Positions 9,988 to 19,508 of a stretch of 64,000 nucleotides of DNA are shown here, piece after piece. Under the pieces are notes generated by a model. That model was not told the origin of the DNA. It made no database searches and worked only from the letters and a program-made list of their open reading frames with translations. This DNA comes from a virus (taxonomy: Duplodnaviria; Caudoviricetes). Where the stretch lies: the IMG/VR virus record IMGVR_UViG_3300021960_000017, one strand, 5' to 3'. The translations under genes and the position numbers were made by a program. The number at the start of each line of letters is the position of its first letter. Within the stretch, counting starts at the first letter, position 1.

Positions 9988-10610
9988 CACATCAACAACA
10001 GTTTAAAGATTTTATTCAAGCAGTAGCAGACTTTGACTATGTAATATTCAGAGGATTTTTAAGACTGCCTGACCTTCCTGATACAGATGTTGATTTAACT
10101 GTCAGACCAGATCAGTATGAACAGTTTTGTAAGATTGCTAGGGAATACTTAAAGCCAGGCACACATCAAAATTATGGTTATGCAGAATGGTGTGATATGC
10201 AATACTGGCCACATTTTACTACAGCACCACGAGATCCTAGGATACCCAACAAGCATCAGGCATTTAGAGTGGATTTTTACAACAGTTTATATTTTAAGTC
10301 TCCTCTAGAAGATTACACTACAAATTGGACTGTTAGTAAACGCTATTATGATAATGTTTTAAGCAGACGCAGACTGGAAAACTTTTACTATTTAATCAGT
10401 CCAGAAGACGAAATTGCTCTTACAATATGCAGGGGTGCACTAGACAACCAGGGTGCTTGGAAAGAAAAACATAAGACACGAATTCAGGAACTATTAAATA
10501 CAGTAGATAAACAAACAGCAATAAACACTATAGGCGAAGTTTTGCCAGACGCTGATAAAACTTATGAATTGCTTGTTGCTGAAAAATATGGTGATATAAA
10601 ATGGGACTAG
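9984..10610 (+). CDS. nucleotidyltransferase-like protein (Pol-beta superfamily)
   Basis: RG...DTDVDL and RVDF catalytic-Asp pattern. Confidence 0.65.
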   Translation: MTHQQQFKDFIQAVADFDYVIFRGFLRLPDLPDTDVDLTVRPDQYEQFCKIAREYLKPGTHQNYGYAEWCDMQYWPHFTTAPRDPRIPNKHQAFRVDFYNSLYFKSPLEDYTTNWTVSKRYYDNVLSRRRLENFYYLISPEDEIALTICRGALDNQGAWKEKHKTRIQELLNTVDKQTAINTIGEVLPDADKTYELLVAEKYGDIKWD

Positions 10611-10816
10611 TAGTTAAAAGTTTGGGTAGAGGGGAATGTAATTTTCCTGTTCCGGGTAATAGTCAGTTTCATATAGAGGATAATGTGGGGGACGAATTTC
10701 CTATACACATTCATTTTGGCCAACGCAGTCCTAAAAAATGGCTAGTAAGATTACATTTTACATATTCTGAATATGTAGAGTTTGCAGACAAAATCCTAAA
10801 AGCAGGAAGACTATAA
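10601..10816 (+). CDS. small hypothetical protein, paralog of the next gene
   Basis: IEDN...IHIHF...LVRLHF. Confidence 0.65.
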   Translation: MGLVVKSLGRGECNFPVPGNSQFHIEDNVGDEFPIHIHFGQRSPKKWLVRLHFTYSEYVEFADKILKAGRL

Positions 10817-11013
10817 TGGGACATATTGTTAAAAAAATTATAGGCGACGTTGAACAAGATCCAGGTTATGAAACTCTTACTGTAGAGGACAACAGCAATG
10901 CAATGGTACATGTTCATTTAAAAAACTTAAGATTTGATATTGATCATGACACATACAATGCTCTGCATGATGCCATTGCATCTAGCATAGAGGACATCAG
11001 GGCCAAGGTATGA
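10816..11013 (+). CDS. small hypothetical protein, paralog of the previous gene
   Basis: VEDN...VHVHL..LRFDI. Confidence 0.65.
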   Translation: MGHIVKKIIGDVEQDPGYETLTVEDNSNAMVHVHLKNLRFDIDHDTYNALHDAIASSIEDIRAKV

Positions 11014-11606
11014 AAGTTATAAAGGAACTCCAGTACTGGAATAAGCCAGGCGACAGGCGTTACCAAATACTTGAGGACTCTGATAAAACTTACTTTGCAG
11101 TTTACAATGTTGACGGGCTAGTACTTCCTCAACAAGTACTAGATTATTCGCAAAAACAAAATGACATTATACCTATATACGAATGTGGAGAATGGATACT
11201 AACAGAATATCTGGAAGATTTCCAGCCTGTAATAATAAGAGGTAGTTGCGACTTTTATGAAGACTTGCGGGTAAAAGAGTATAATGATTATTTTAAAGAT
11301 CCAAAAAATATCCTTGCTTATTATAAAAGAGTAATAAACGCCCATCAAGACTTTATTGCTGACACTCATTGGTATTTTGATGACAGAACTGGCACCAATG
11401 TACTAGTTAATCCTGACTTTACAGATTTGCGTATTATTGATGTTTGCAGTTTACGCCCAGTACAGCGTACTTTAAAAATTACATTTTCTCCTAGTGAATT
11501 TTTTTATCCCAGAGAATGGGAAAAAGCAATAGCACACAAGCATGGGTTAAAAAAGCCAGATCTAGAACATCTAGAAGAGTATGACTTTGCCATCTCTATA
11601 CTATAA
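11010..11606 (+). CDS. protein-kinase-like fold small-molecule kinase
   Basis: LTEYLE hinge, DDRTGTNVLV catalytic loop, IIDV. Confidence 0.65.
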   Translation: MKVIKELQYWNKPGDRRYQILEDSDKTYFAVYNVDGLVLPQQVLDYSQKQNDIIPIYECGEWILTEYLEDFQPVIIRGSCDFYEDLRVKEYNDYFKDPKNILAYYKRVINAHQDFIADTHWYFDDRTGTNVLVNPDFTDLRIIDVCSLRPVQRTLKITFSPSEFFYPREWEKAIAHKHGLKKPDLEHLEEYDFAISIL

Positions 11607-12366
11607 CAAACAAAGTCTCAATAGTAAGTGTAATTGGGTAATGGACAGTCTAGCAGTGGGCTGGGCTGGTGATGGACATCACTTTTGGGGATTTATAAAC
11701 GACAACCAAAAACAAATTGGTTATTTACAAGCACAAGGTGCTGACTGGTACTTTTGGGATATGCCCTACTGGGGACGCTGGCGGCCTGGTGCTGATGTAT
11801 TTTATTGGCGTGTTAGTAAAAACTCAATCCACGAAACACAAATAGTAAATAGACCCGATGATAGATTTAATCAATGGAACTTAAAAGTTAAACCCTGGCG
11901 CAACAGTGGGTCTGAGATAGTTGTTTGCCCAAGTAGTGACACCATAACACGCTATTGTACTGGGCAGGGGGAAAAGGAATGGACTGCCAGTGTAATAGCA
12001 GAATTACAAAAGTATACTGACAGACCAATTAGAGTAAGACCCAAACCTAGAGCAGGCAAAACTAGTGGCCCAGTAGCAGCACAAATTGCAGGTATTAATA
12101 GTTTTAAAGAAGACATACAGGATGCTTGGGCTGTAGTTACCAGCGTTAGTATGTGTGCAGTAGAAGCAATAAGCGAAGGTGTGCCTGTATTTTGTGATGT
12201 AAAAAGTTTTGCTTCACCAGTATCTGAAACACTACTAAGTAATATAGAACAGCCTAAACGGACTAACACGAGATCATGGTTTAATCACCTTGCTTACTGT
12301 CAGTTTACTCAACAAGAAATAAGATCAGGATTGGCCTACGGGATTCTAGAATGCAAAGAAAAATAG
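11581..12366 (+). CDS. GT-B fold, KpsS-like protein
   Basis: IVVCPSS, IRVRPKP, AVVTSVSMCAVEAISEGVPVF. Confidence 0.65.
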   Translation: MTLPSLYYNKQSLNSKCNWVMDSLAVGWAGDGHHFWGFINDNQKQIGYLQAQGADWYFWDMPYWGRWRPGADVFYWRVSKNSIHETQIVNRPDDRFNQWNLKVKPWRNSGSEIVVCPSSDTITRYCTGQGEKEWTASVIAELQKYTDRPIRVRPKPRAGKTSGPVAAQIAGINSFKEDIQDAWAVVTSVSMCAVEAISEGVPVFCDVKSFASPVSETLLSNIEQPKRTNTRSWFNHLAYCQFTQQEIRSGLAYGILECKEK

Positions 12367-13268
12367 TAGTTTATGGAACAGGAAGACCAAAAACAAGTCA
12401 AATAATGAGCGACTTTTTTGCTGGCGTAAATTATTCTGGCACTAATTGGATTGCTGAATATCACGGTATTGAAGAATTTTTACGCAAAGGTATACCCAGA
12501 GCAACAGATGCTATTGCTGTATTAGGAATACTAAGAGGCACTGGACTTGCAATGCAAAGAGCAGCATCATTAGGCATAGACAGATACTATGTAGACCATA
12601 GTTATTTTAATCCAGGATACGATGGCAAGTGTTGGCTAAGAGTAAGTAAAAATAGACATACTATGAATTATTTGCCCGAGGTAGACATAAGCAAAGATCG
12701 CTGGAAAATCTTTTTTGCAGAAACCAATCCAGTGCATCCATGGCGAACAAGAGAACAGAGAGGCGATAATATCCTAGTTTTACCGCCAACTCATGCAGTG
12801 CAATGGTATTTTAACACTGGCGACTGGGCTACAAAAATAGTAGATAAACTTAAAGAAATTTTACCACCAGAGCAACATCAAAATATCAAAGTAAGAGTTA
12901 AGCCTAATGAGCCTATTGTAGATAAAGCAGGCAATCTATTAAGATTAGAAAAACACAAAGATGAAAGTCAAGTACCACTAGAATATGATCTGGCTAGGAG
13001 TAATATAGTAATTGCTTATAATAGTAGTGTGGCATTACAGGCAACTATGCTTGGTATTCCAGTTATAACAAACAAACATTGCAGTGTTTATCCGATAAGT
13101 TTTAACTTAGAAGATTTGTATAAAGGTACAGACAGTGAAATATTCGACAATGAGCCTAACAGAGCAAAACTGTTACATTGGCTAGCCAATTGCCAATATA
13201 AACATAAGGAAATAGTGTCAGGTAAAATGTGGCAGCATATACTCGAGCATCAGGAGCCAGTAGACTAA
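12351..13268 (+). CDS. GT-B fold, KpsS-like protein
   Basis: ILVLPPT, IKVRVKP, IAYNSSVALQATMLGIPV. Confidence 0.65.
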   Translation: MQRKIVVYGTGRPKTSQIMSDFFAGVNYSGTNWIAEYHGIEEFLRKGIPRATDAIAVLGILRGTGLAMQRAASLGIDRYYVDHSYFNPGYDGKCWLRVSKNRHTMNYLPEVDISKDRWKIFFAETNPVHPWRTREQRGDNILVLPPTHAVQWYFNTGDWATKIVDKLKEILPPEQHQNIKVRVKPNEPIVDKAGNLLRLEKHKDESQVPLEYDLARSNIVIAYNSSVALQATMLGIPVITNKHCSVYPISFNLEDLYKGTDSEIFDNEPNRAKLLHWLANCQYKHKEIVSGKMWQHILEHQEPVD

Positions 13269-14134
13269 TGGCACACCCACAAGTAAACGAAATAATAAAA
13301 TCTAACCCTGCGCTAATGAAAGTAAAAACTCAGGTTTTGTATCTTCCTGAAAGCAAAGAATACTTTATACATATTCCTAAATGTGGAGGTACTAGTGTTA
13401 GAGATGTATTAATTTTAAAACATCTTGAAACAAAAATACCACTGGAAACAATAGAAACTGGTAACCATAGTAAATCAGCAGAAATAGGCAAACTTATAGA
13501 TTTAGAAACAAATAACTTTTTGGTAAGTGTAAGAAATCCTATTGGAAGATTTATGAGTGCCTATAATTTCCTTAAGGATATAGACAGACGTAAACTCGTA
13601 CATGCTGAACAAGGAAAAGTAGAACTTAATGAAGGGGAAAGACAGTTTTTATCAGATAGACTTGATGCTTTGGAATCCTTAGAAATAACAGGATTTGTTA
13701 ATTTTTTAAAAAATTTGGGAAAGCGACGAGACTTTTATAATACCTGGTACAGAGCAGAACCAGAGCCAAATCATTTTACCTGGGCGTTTGAACGACAAGT
13801 TGATTGGATTGCTGGTATACCTCAGGCAAATGTTAAGTGTTTCAAAATAGAAAGTCAGAAAATTTTTGAATACCTGGGCACAGCCTATGGCGGAAGTAAA
13901 GTTAAACAGTACAGTAGAAAAGCAAATTTAAAACTTAAAGATGCTATACACGAATATTTTGTAGAAGATTTTAGACGTTTAGGATATACAATAAGTGACG
14001 ACTTTAATGTTGTAAGACCAATAATGGTTAAACGAGAAGAAGAAAATAGAAAATGGGTCGATCAAGGTGGTGATGAAAATGCACCACAGTGGCTCAAGGA
14101 CTTTATGGCATCAGTTAAAATTAAAAAGACATAA
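13268..14134 (+). CDS. sulfotransferase (family 2)
   Basis: 5'-PSB FIHIPKCGGTSV and 3'-PB VRNPIGRFMSAY; start placed at MAHPQ. Confidence 0.88.
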   Translation: MAHPQVNEIIKSNPALMKVKTQVLYLPESKEYFIHIPKCGGTSVRDVLILKHLETKIPLETIETGNHSKSAEIGKLIDLETNNFLVSVRNPIGRFMSAYNFLKDIDRRKLVHAEQGKVELNEGERQFLSDRLDALESLEITGFVNFLKNLGKRRDFYNTWYRAEPEPNHFTWAFERQVDWIAGIPQANVKCFKIESQKIFEYLGTAYGGSKVKQYSRKANLKLKDAIHEYFVEDFRRLGYTISDDFNVVRPIMVKREEENRKWVDQGGDENAPQWLKDFMASVKIKKT

Positions 14135-14138
14135 TACA

Positions 14139-15128
14139 ATGTTTATACAAACCGTCAGACAAATATTTCCCAATAGCATAATTGTTGATGCTGCTCTAAA
14201 GTATCCTATAACGCCACAGGGCTGGGATGTAGAAATGCCAGGACGTTCAGAATGTAGATTTAATGAACCTGATTTTAAATTAGTTCTTAATCTGCAGGAC
14301 ATGCTTACTATGGGTCCAGATGGCATTCCAAATGAATTAACTCGCATACACAGTTTTTACAAGCCCTGGGCTGATATGAATAAAATAATAGTTGTAGTCT
14401 GGCCACTGCGTCTTGCAGATGAGTATGATGGAGAATTTCATCTTGTTGAATTTAGCACACATCAGTATGAAACTTGGCAGTCCTATAAGAATGGCGAAGA
14501 GGTTTTACGTGAAGCGTTTGATAAAAAACACAAGGACTTTCAGTATAATTTCCTGTGTATGAATAGGATATCTAAACCACATAGAAAGATCTTATACAGT
14601 AAACTAATGTCACTAAGCAGAGGCAATATTAGTTTACAAACACACGGCCATGAATTAAAATATCCAGGATTAGATTACAAAACCTATAACAATACCTATG
14701 ATAATTTGAGCAACCTGTTAAGTTTGAAACAAAACTTTAATACTAGTATGTTTAGTATTATATCCGAAAGCCAATATGAGGAACGCTGGGGTATAATAAG
14801 TGAAAAGACTTTTAATGCTATTGTAGCAGGCCATCCCTTTTTAGTTGCTGGGCACCAGAGCTGTTTAGATGACATAAAAAGTTTCGGATTTAAAACCTGG
14901 GACTGCATGTTTGATGAAGAATATCAATATGCACAAAATACACATAGAATAGATGCAATGCTAGAGTCAAATGGAAATTATCTGACACTAATAAAACCGC
15001 AACTGTTGCAAGGTCTAGTAGATTATCATCAGAGTGTTATAGATTATAATAGAGATTATTTCTTTAATAGATTTGGGCCAGATAGACTTGCTTACTTTAG
15101 AGCACAGTTACTAAACATTTGGGAGTAG
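14139..15128 (+). CDS. GT10 (fucosyltransferase)-like protein
   Basis: FLCMNR, SIISES...ISEKTFNAIVAGHPFLVAG. Confidence 0.6.
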   Translation: MFIQTVRQIFPNSIIVDAALKYPITPQGWDVEMPGRSECRFNEPDFKLVLNLQDMLTMGPDGIPNELTRIHSFYKPWADMNKIIVVVWPLRLADEYDGEFHLVEFSTHQYETWQSYKNGEEVLREAFDKKHKDFQYNFLCMNRISKPHRKILYSKLMSLSRGNISLQTHGHELKYPGLDYKTYNNTYDNLSNLLSLKQNFNTSMFSIISESQYEERWGIISEKTFNAIVAGHPFLVAGHQSCLDDIKSFGFKTWDCMFDEEYQYAQNTHRIDAMLESNGNYLTLIKPQLLQGLVDYHQSVIDYNRDYFFNRFGPDRLAYFRAQLLNIWE

Positions 15129-15869
15129 ATGCTGCTTGCCAAAGTCAGTATCATAAGGGTCTGGCTGCCCATGGAAGACAACGATGCTACACTGTTTATC
15201 TATTACCCAGGGTTGTTCAGGATCACAGTATTTGTTTTTAGCAGCAGGCCATTTGCCATGCTCATCTAATCCAGTGCCACTTTGTATTAAACCGCCCCTA
15301 AAAACATCCCACTTGAAACTCTGCGCCCAGGTCCTAGGCCACCATACTAGGTCAGATCTATCTTTAAAGTAATTGGTAATATAGTCCTGGTCGCCTAAAA
15401 ACCTTTTTATATATCCAGGTATATCCTGTATAAAATTAGTATAGATATCAGTATAGTCTGGTGCATAGTATCGCATAATGCTGCTATTGCTAACACTATA
15501 GTTAGGTATCCAGCGACTATTAAAGTCCTGACATATACCAAACTTATCAGGTTGATAGTCAAAGAACTTGTCTATATTTTTTACAAGCACAACGTCTAGA
15601 TCCATGTAAAAGACATCTTTAAATCCGTGTGCTGGATTAAACATTTGTATTTTATACCACCAGTATTTCCTCATGCCATTGGCTTCAGGCCAGTCTGGCA
15701 CAATATGTACTCGAGCGTCTATTGTCGGGTAAAAAGGATGGTGTTTGTCTGTTATAATATGAAAAATGTAGGGCTTTGATACAAAGCGTTTTACGGCGAT
15801 GTATAGCTGCCCTACATATATTTCAGGGGGATATTTGTCCCCAACACAGACACAAACAATATCAATCAT
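15111..15869 (-). CDS. GT-A glycosyltransferase (GT8-like)
   Basis: VCVCVGDKY, WWYKIQMF, YMDLDVV, NSSIM, GDQDYI, VVFHGQPDP. Confidence 0.85.
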   Translation of the reverse strand: MIDIVCVCVGDKYPPEIYVGQLYIAVKRFVSKPYIFHIITDKHHPFYPTIDARVHIVPDWPEANGMRKYWWYKIQMFNPAHGFKDVFYMDLDVVLVKNIDKFFDYQPDKFGICQDFNSRWIPNYSVSNSSIMRYYAPDYTDIYTNFIQDIPGYIKRFLGDQDYITNYFKDRSDLVWWPRTWAQSFKWDVFRGGLIQSGTGLDEHGKWPAAKNKYCDPEQPWVIDKQCSIVVFHGQPDPYDTDFGKQHLLPNV

Positions 15870-16240
15870 GCTTCCATAATTGTTTGTTTTTGTGTAGCAG
15901 GCCCACCAACAGTGCGTCTAACAATGTCAGTGCTTATGGGCTCTACATAATAGATTTCTAAAACCTGTGCAAATTCAGTGCCAGTTTCAAACCAATGGTA
16001 TTCATTGGGCGCAACAGTGGTAAATTCACCTGCGGTTATTTCTGTAATGTCTGTTAAATCGTAAGCATTTTTCCTTACATGAATTTGCATGCTTCCACTA
16101 ACACAATAAAATGCATTCCATTTAAACTCATGTTTGTGTTCGCTACACTTCATGTGTGGCTCAACATTTATACGATGTAGTTCGATCATCGGGGTAACTA
16201 ACAAACTCTCTGTAGTACCCCATACTTTACCTTGCAACAT
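15866..16240 (-). CDS. cupin-domain protein (sugar isomerase-like)
   Basis: CSEHKHEFKWNAFY and PNEYHWF cupin motifs. Confidence 0.85.
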   Translation of the reverse strand: MLQGKVWGTTESLLVTPMIELHRINVEPHMKCSEHKHEFKWNAFYCVSGSMQIHVRKNAYDLTDITEITAGEFTTVAPNEYHWFETGTEFAQVLEIYYVEPISTDIVRRTVGGPATQKQTIMEA

Positions 16241-16416
16241 TACATTGCGTTCTTTTTGTCCTGAATTTCAGCACGGCGAGCTTTTGCTAGTTTACCTAGT
16301 TCGCCAAGTGCTTTACGAGCACGAGCAGCCGCAGCCTTTACACCTTTGGTTTCGAATGCTTCGCTTTCTTTTACATATGCTTCAAATTGAGCAACAATAT
16401 CGTCATGACTAGACAT
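16240..16416 (-). CDS. histone H1-like Hc1-family nucleoid protein (58 aa, not in ORF track)
   Basis: Translated by hand: MSSHDDIVAQFEAYVKESEAFETKGVKAAAARARKALGELGKLAKARRAEIQDKKNAM; GxKAAAxRARK motif; AGGA RBS; TAAATA upstream (16446-16451). Confidence 0.8.
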   Translation of the reverse strand: MSSHDDIVAQFEAYVKESEAFETKGVKAAAARARKALGELGKLAKARRAEIQDKKNAM

Positions 16417-16448
16417 ATTCTATTCCTTTCTGTTAGTCGATTAAATAT

Positions 16449-17213
16449 TTATTCTAATGGTAAACGTTCTATATCTTCTTCAACACAATTGGTGCCATAT
16501 TGTATTTCAACCAGCTTAAGAGGTTTATCTGTTTCATTGGCGAGCTGATGCCACATGCCAACAGGTATATGAAGGTTTTGGTGTTTATTATAAACTCCAA
16601 ACAGTTCGTAATCACTACTTGTATTAATTGTATAAACTGTAGCAGTACCTTCTGCTACAAACCAGTGTTCAGATCGCTCTTGGTGCTTTTGCATTGATAG
16701 TTTGCTGCCTGGATCTACTGCCAGTTCTTTCAACTTTGTATGACTGCCATACTCGTGCACTACTCGATAATATCCCCATTGTCTCTGGGTTTTAGGAGCT
16801 TTCCACTCTTCTAAAATCCAACTTGAACTATTTGCTTTATTCTCGCCGCCTACACCAAATACAAACTCAACATCATCGAACACCATTTCTGGGATGTTGT
16901 CAGCAGTCCTATCACCACCGTTAACAAATACAATTTGTGCGTCAGGGTATTTATCCTTTACACGCTGTATTGCCCCAATAGCTGAGTTATCATCGTCAGG
17001 AAAGGCAACAATTTCGTCAACCACACTTAAACTTTCAACAATGGTGGAACGCTCTTGCCAGGGCATAAAACTTCTGCCTTTTTTTCTTGCTAACCATGCG
17101 TCACTGTTAACACCTATAATTAGGCGATCGCCTAACTGTCTTGCCGCTTTAAAATAACTAATATGGCCAGAATGTATGGGATCGAATCCACCAGTTGCTA
17201 AAACTATTTTCAT
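16449..17213 (-). CDS. cytidylyltransferase (RfaE-II/TagD-like) fused to a mannose-6-P isomerase-type cupin
   Basis: TGGFDPIHSGH (HxGH), NGGDR, NSSS; C-terminal RQWGYY, LSMQKHQERSEHW, WHQLAN, EEDIER. Confidence 0.9.
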   Translation of the reverse strand: MKIVLATGGFDPIHSGHISYFKAARQLGDRLIIGVNSDAWLARKKGRSFMPWQERSTIVESLSVVDEIVAFPDDDNSAIGAIQRVKDKYPDAQIVFVNGGDRTADNIPEMVFDDVEFVFGVGGENKANSSSWILEEWKAPKTQRQWGYYRVVHEYGSHTKLKELAVDPGSKLSMQKHQERSEHWFVAEGTATVYTINTSSDYELFGVYNKHQNLHIPVGMWHQLANETDKPLKLVEIQYGTNCVEEDIERLPLE

Positions 17214-17263
17214 AAGATTTGTCCTTATAAATATATGTGTATATTATAAGGTAATTCGCAAAA

Positions 17264-17947
17264 ATGTTCAATATATATGTTGGCTGGGATAGCAGAGAAG
17301 ACATTGCTTACCAGGTATGTGAGCATAGTATCTTAAGAAGAACATTTCGTAAAAAAGTAAATGTTATTCCACTTAAACAGCATGAATTAAGAGAACAAAA
17401 AGTCTACTGGAGAGATATAGACAAACTTGCCAGTACTGAATTTACCTTTACAAGATTTTTAGTACCCTACCTAAACGAGTACGCTGGATGGGCAGTGTTT
17501 TGTGACAGTGACATGGTGTGGCTTACAGATGCGTGTGAGTTAATTAAAGGGTTGGATCCGTCTAAAGCAGTGTATGTAGTTAAACATGACTACAACCCTC
17601 CTGAAGGTATAAAGATGGACGGCCAGTTACAGTTGCCCTACCCTCGCAAGAACTGGAGCAGTATGATGATATTTAACTGCGAGCATCCTAGTTGTAAGGG
17701 ATTAGATTTAGAAACGGTTAATAGTAAAACAGGTGCATACTTGCATCGTTTTGAATGGTGTTCGGATAGTGAAATAGGAGAACTGGGCCCTGAATGGAAC
17801 TGGTTAGTAGGACACTATCAGGAAGGCACTGATGGTACTCCCAAAGTCCTACACTATACAGAAGGTGGGCCCTGGTTCGAAAACATGCGTGATTGTGAAT
17901 ACGATCACATCTGGAAAAAAGAAGTTATTAACCTTTATAGTTCATGA
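17264..17947 (+). CDS. GT-A glycosyltransferase
   Basis: YVGWDSRE, STEFTFTRF, FCDSDM, RKNWSS, EWNWL, HYTEGGPWF. Confidence 0.88.
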   Translation: MFNIYVGWDSREDIAYQVCEHSILRRTFRKKVNVIPLKQHELREQKVYWRDIDKLASTEFTFTRFLVPYLNEYAGWAVFCDSDMVWLTDACELIKGLDPSKAVYVVKHDYNPPEGIKMDGQLQLPYPRKNWSSMMIFNCEHPSCKGLDLETVNSKTGAYLHRFEWCSDSEIGELGPEWNWLVGHYQEGTDGTPKVLHYTEGGPWFENMRDCEYDHIWKKEVINLYSS

Positions 17948-18996
17948 TGCAAAATATACGAGAAAGATTTGACAAGACGGGAATTGCGCTGTTTAGGGAA
18001 GTGCAAATACTTGACTTGGGTAAAACTGGACAAGAAATATTTGTAGAAGGCGAAGATATATATCCCCTATTGTTGGGCAAGAATAAGAATGCAGCACTTC
18101 AGCATTTAAAAATATCTGATCACCAGCCAGTGTTTAATAAAAAAGAGGGTAAATATTTTTATTGGTATACCAGACCAACTTTTAATTATTATCATACTTT
18201 CCTGGACAGTTTTGGATGCCTTTGTAGATATTTAGAGTTAAAAGAACGTATACCAGATTTGCAGTTTATGTTTAATCAGAGCCCAACGCCCAAAGGAGGT
18301 TCACTAAAGCATCCTCCTTATGTTTATGAACTATTAGAATTGTTAGGAATAGATTACCAACTAACCGATGAAAATACACAATATGAATTAGTATATTTTG
18401 GTGATACTATGTGTAACGATCCCGGCACTGGTAAACGTATATGGCCCAGTATAGAACAATATACCCAACTTAATAATTTAATACAACTAGCACATAAAAA
18501 AGTAAATTTACCACCTATAGAAAGGGTGTATTTAAGTAGACGTGCTCATGCAAATCCTTTAAAAAATCGAAAGGATATTATTGGCGAGGATAATACTGTA
18601 AAACGCGGTCTTACAAACGAAGATCAAGTTGTAGATATTTTATCAAGTTTGGGCTATACAGAAGTTTTTGGGGAAAACTATACACTAGCAGAAAAAATAG
18701 TGTTGTTTAATGGAATGAAAAAATATATTAGTACTGCGGGTGCTGGAGTTACTAATATAATCTGGACAATGCCAAACCCGTGCAGTGTAGGCGGAATACA
18801 TACGCCAGGATTTCCTTTTCCTTCAGCAAATCACAAACGACATATATGTTGCCATCCAGATTTTATAAAAGCAAAAATAGATAATTATCCAGGAAAAGTT
18901 CGTTATGTAGACGAATCAGGTAACCCAGCAGATTATAATAGGCCCTGGTATATCAATAACCTAGTAGCATTCGAAAACTGGGCGAAAACTATCTAA
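17944..18996 (+). CDS. GT61 (DUF563)-like glycosyltransferase
   Basis: NYYHTFLD, VYLSRR, RGLTNEDQV, EKIVLF, GAGVTNIIW. Confidence 0.8.
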   Translation: MMQNIRERFDKTGIALFREVQILDLGKTGQEIFVEGEDIYPLLLGKNKNAALQHLKISDHQPVFNKKEGKYFYWYTRPTFNYYHTFLDSFGCLCRYLELKERIPDLQFMFNQSPTPKGGSLKHPPYVYELLELLGIDYQLTDENTQYELVYFGDTMCNDPGTGKRIWPSIEQYTQLNNLIQLAHKKVNLPPIERVYLSRRAHANPLKNRKDIIGEDNTVKRGLTNEDQVVDILSSLGYTEVFGENYTLAEKIVLFNGMKKYISTAGAGVTNIIWTMPNPCSVGGIHTPGFPFPSANHKRHICCHPDFIKAKIDNYPGKVRYVDESGNPADYNRPWYINNLVAFENWAKTI

Positions 18997-19129
18997 ATGA
19001 TCCAATAACCAATAATACTAACAGGCTTAGGAAGCCTAGAATTATTACCCAGCCGATAAATCCTAGCACGCCGGGAAACCATTGTGCTAGGAGTATAACA
19101 ATTATTACTAATAGTAAAAATGCTATCAT
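18989..19129 (-). CDS. 46-aa hydrophobic membrane peptide (not in ORF track)
   Basis: Translated by hand: MIAFLLLVIIVILLAQWFPGVLGFIGWVIILGFLSLLVLLVIGSFR; ATGA overlap with the upstream gene. Confidence 0.65.
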   Translation of the reverse strand: MIAFLLLVIIVILLAQWFPGVLGFIGWVIILGFLSLLVLLVIGSFR

Positions 19130-19371
19130 CTTGGTTTGCTATTGTTAAGGGCTTCTTCTTGTGCAGTTGCCATATTGCCCATTATATCCGAAAACATTCT
19201 AAACATAACAGCACTTTTGTCTTCTTCTTTCTGGGTAATAATACAACTAGCAGTTACGTCTGGTTGCGAAATCACCTTTGCGCGAGCAGCCAAACATTCG
19301 TCCATGTCAGTAAACCAAGCATTGCCAACTATTGTGCCAGCAACAGCAGTGACCATCATAATTGTATTCAT
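19126..19371 (-). CDS. small hypothetical early protein
   Basis: 81 aa; own sigma70 promoter and AAGGA RBS. Confidence 0.7.
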   Translation of the reverse strand: MNTIMMVTAVAGTIVGNAWFTDMDECLAARAKVISQPDVTASCIITQKEEDKSAVMFRMFSDIMGNMATAQEEALNNSKPR

Positions 19372-19398
19372 AGGTCCATCCTTTAATTAACTATACTT

Positions 19399-19426
19399 AT
19401 GATAACACACCTATTAATGGTGTCAA
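19399..19426 (-). promoter_or_regulatory. early sigma70-type promoter
   Basis: GG-TTGACA-N16-TATCAT with extended TG. Confidence 0.75.
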
Positions 19427-19451
19427 CCAGGATATTTTTTTTGTATTTTGG

Positions 19452-19479
19452 TTGACTTTCTGGCTATCCGTGTTAATAT
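19452..19479 (+). promoter_or_regulatory. early sigma70-type promoter
   Basis: GG-TTGACT-N16-TAATAT with CGTG before the -10. Confidence 0.75.
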
Positions 19480-19508
19480 GATCATAGTTAAAGAAAACGG
19501 AGAGAGCA

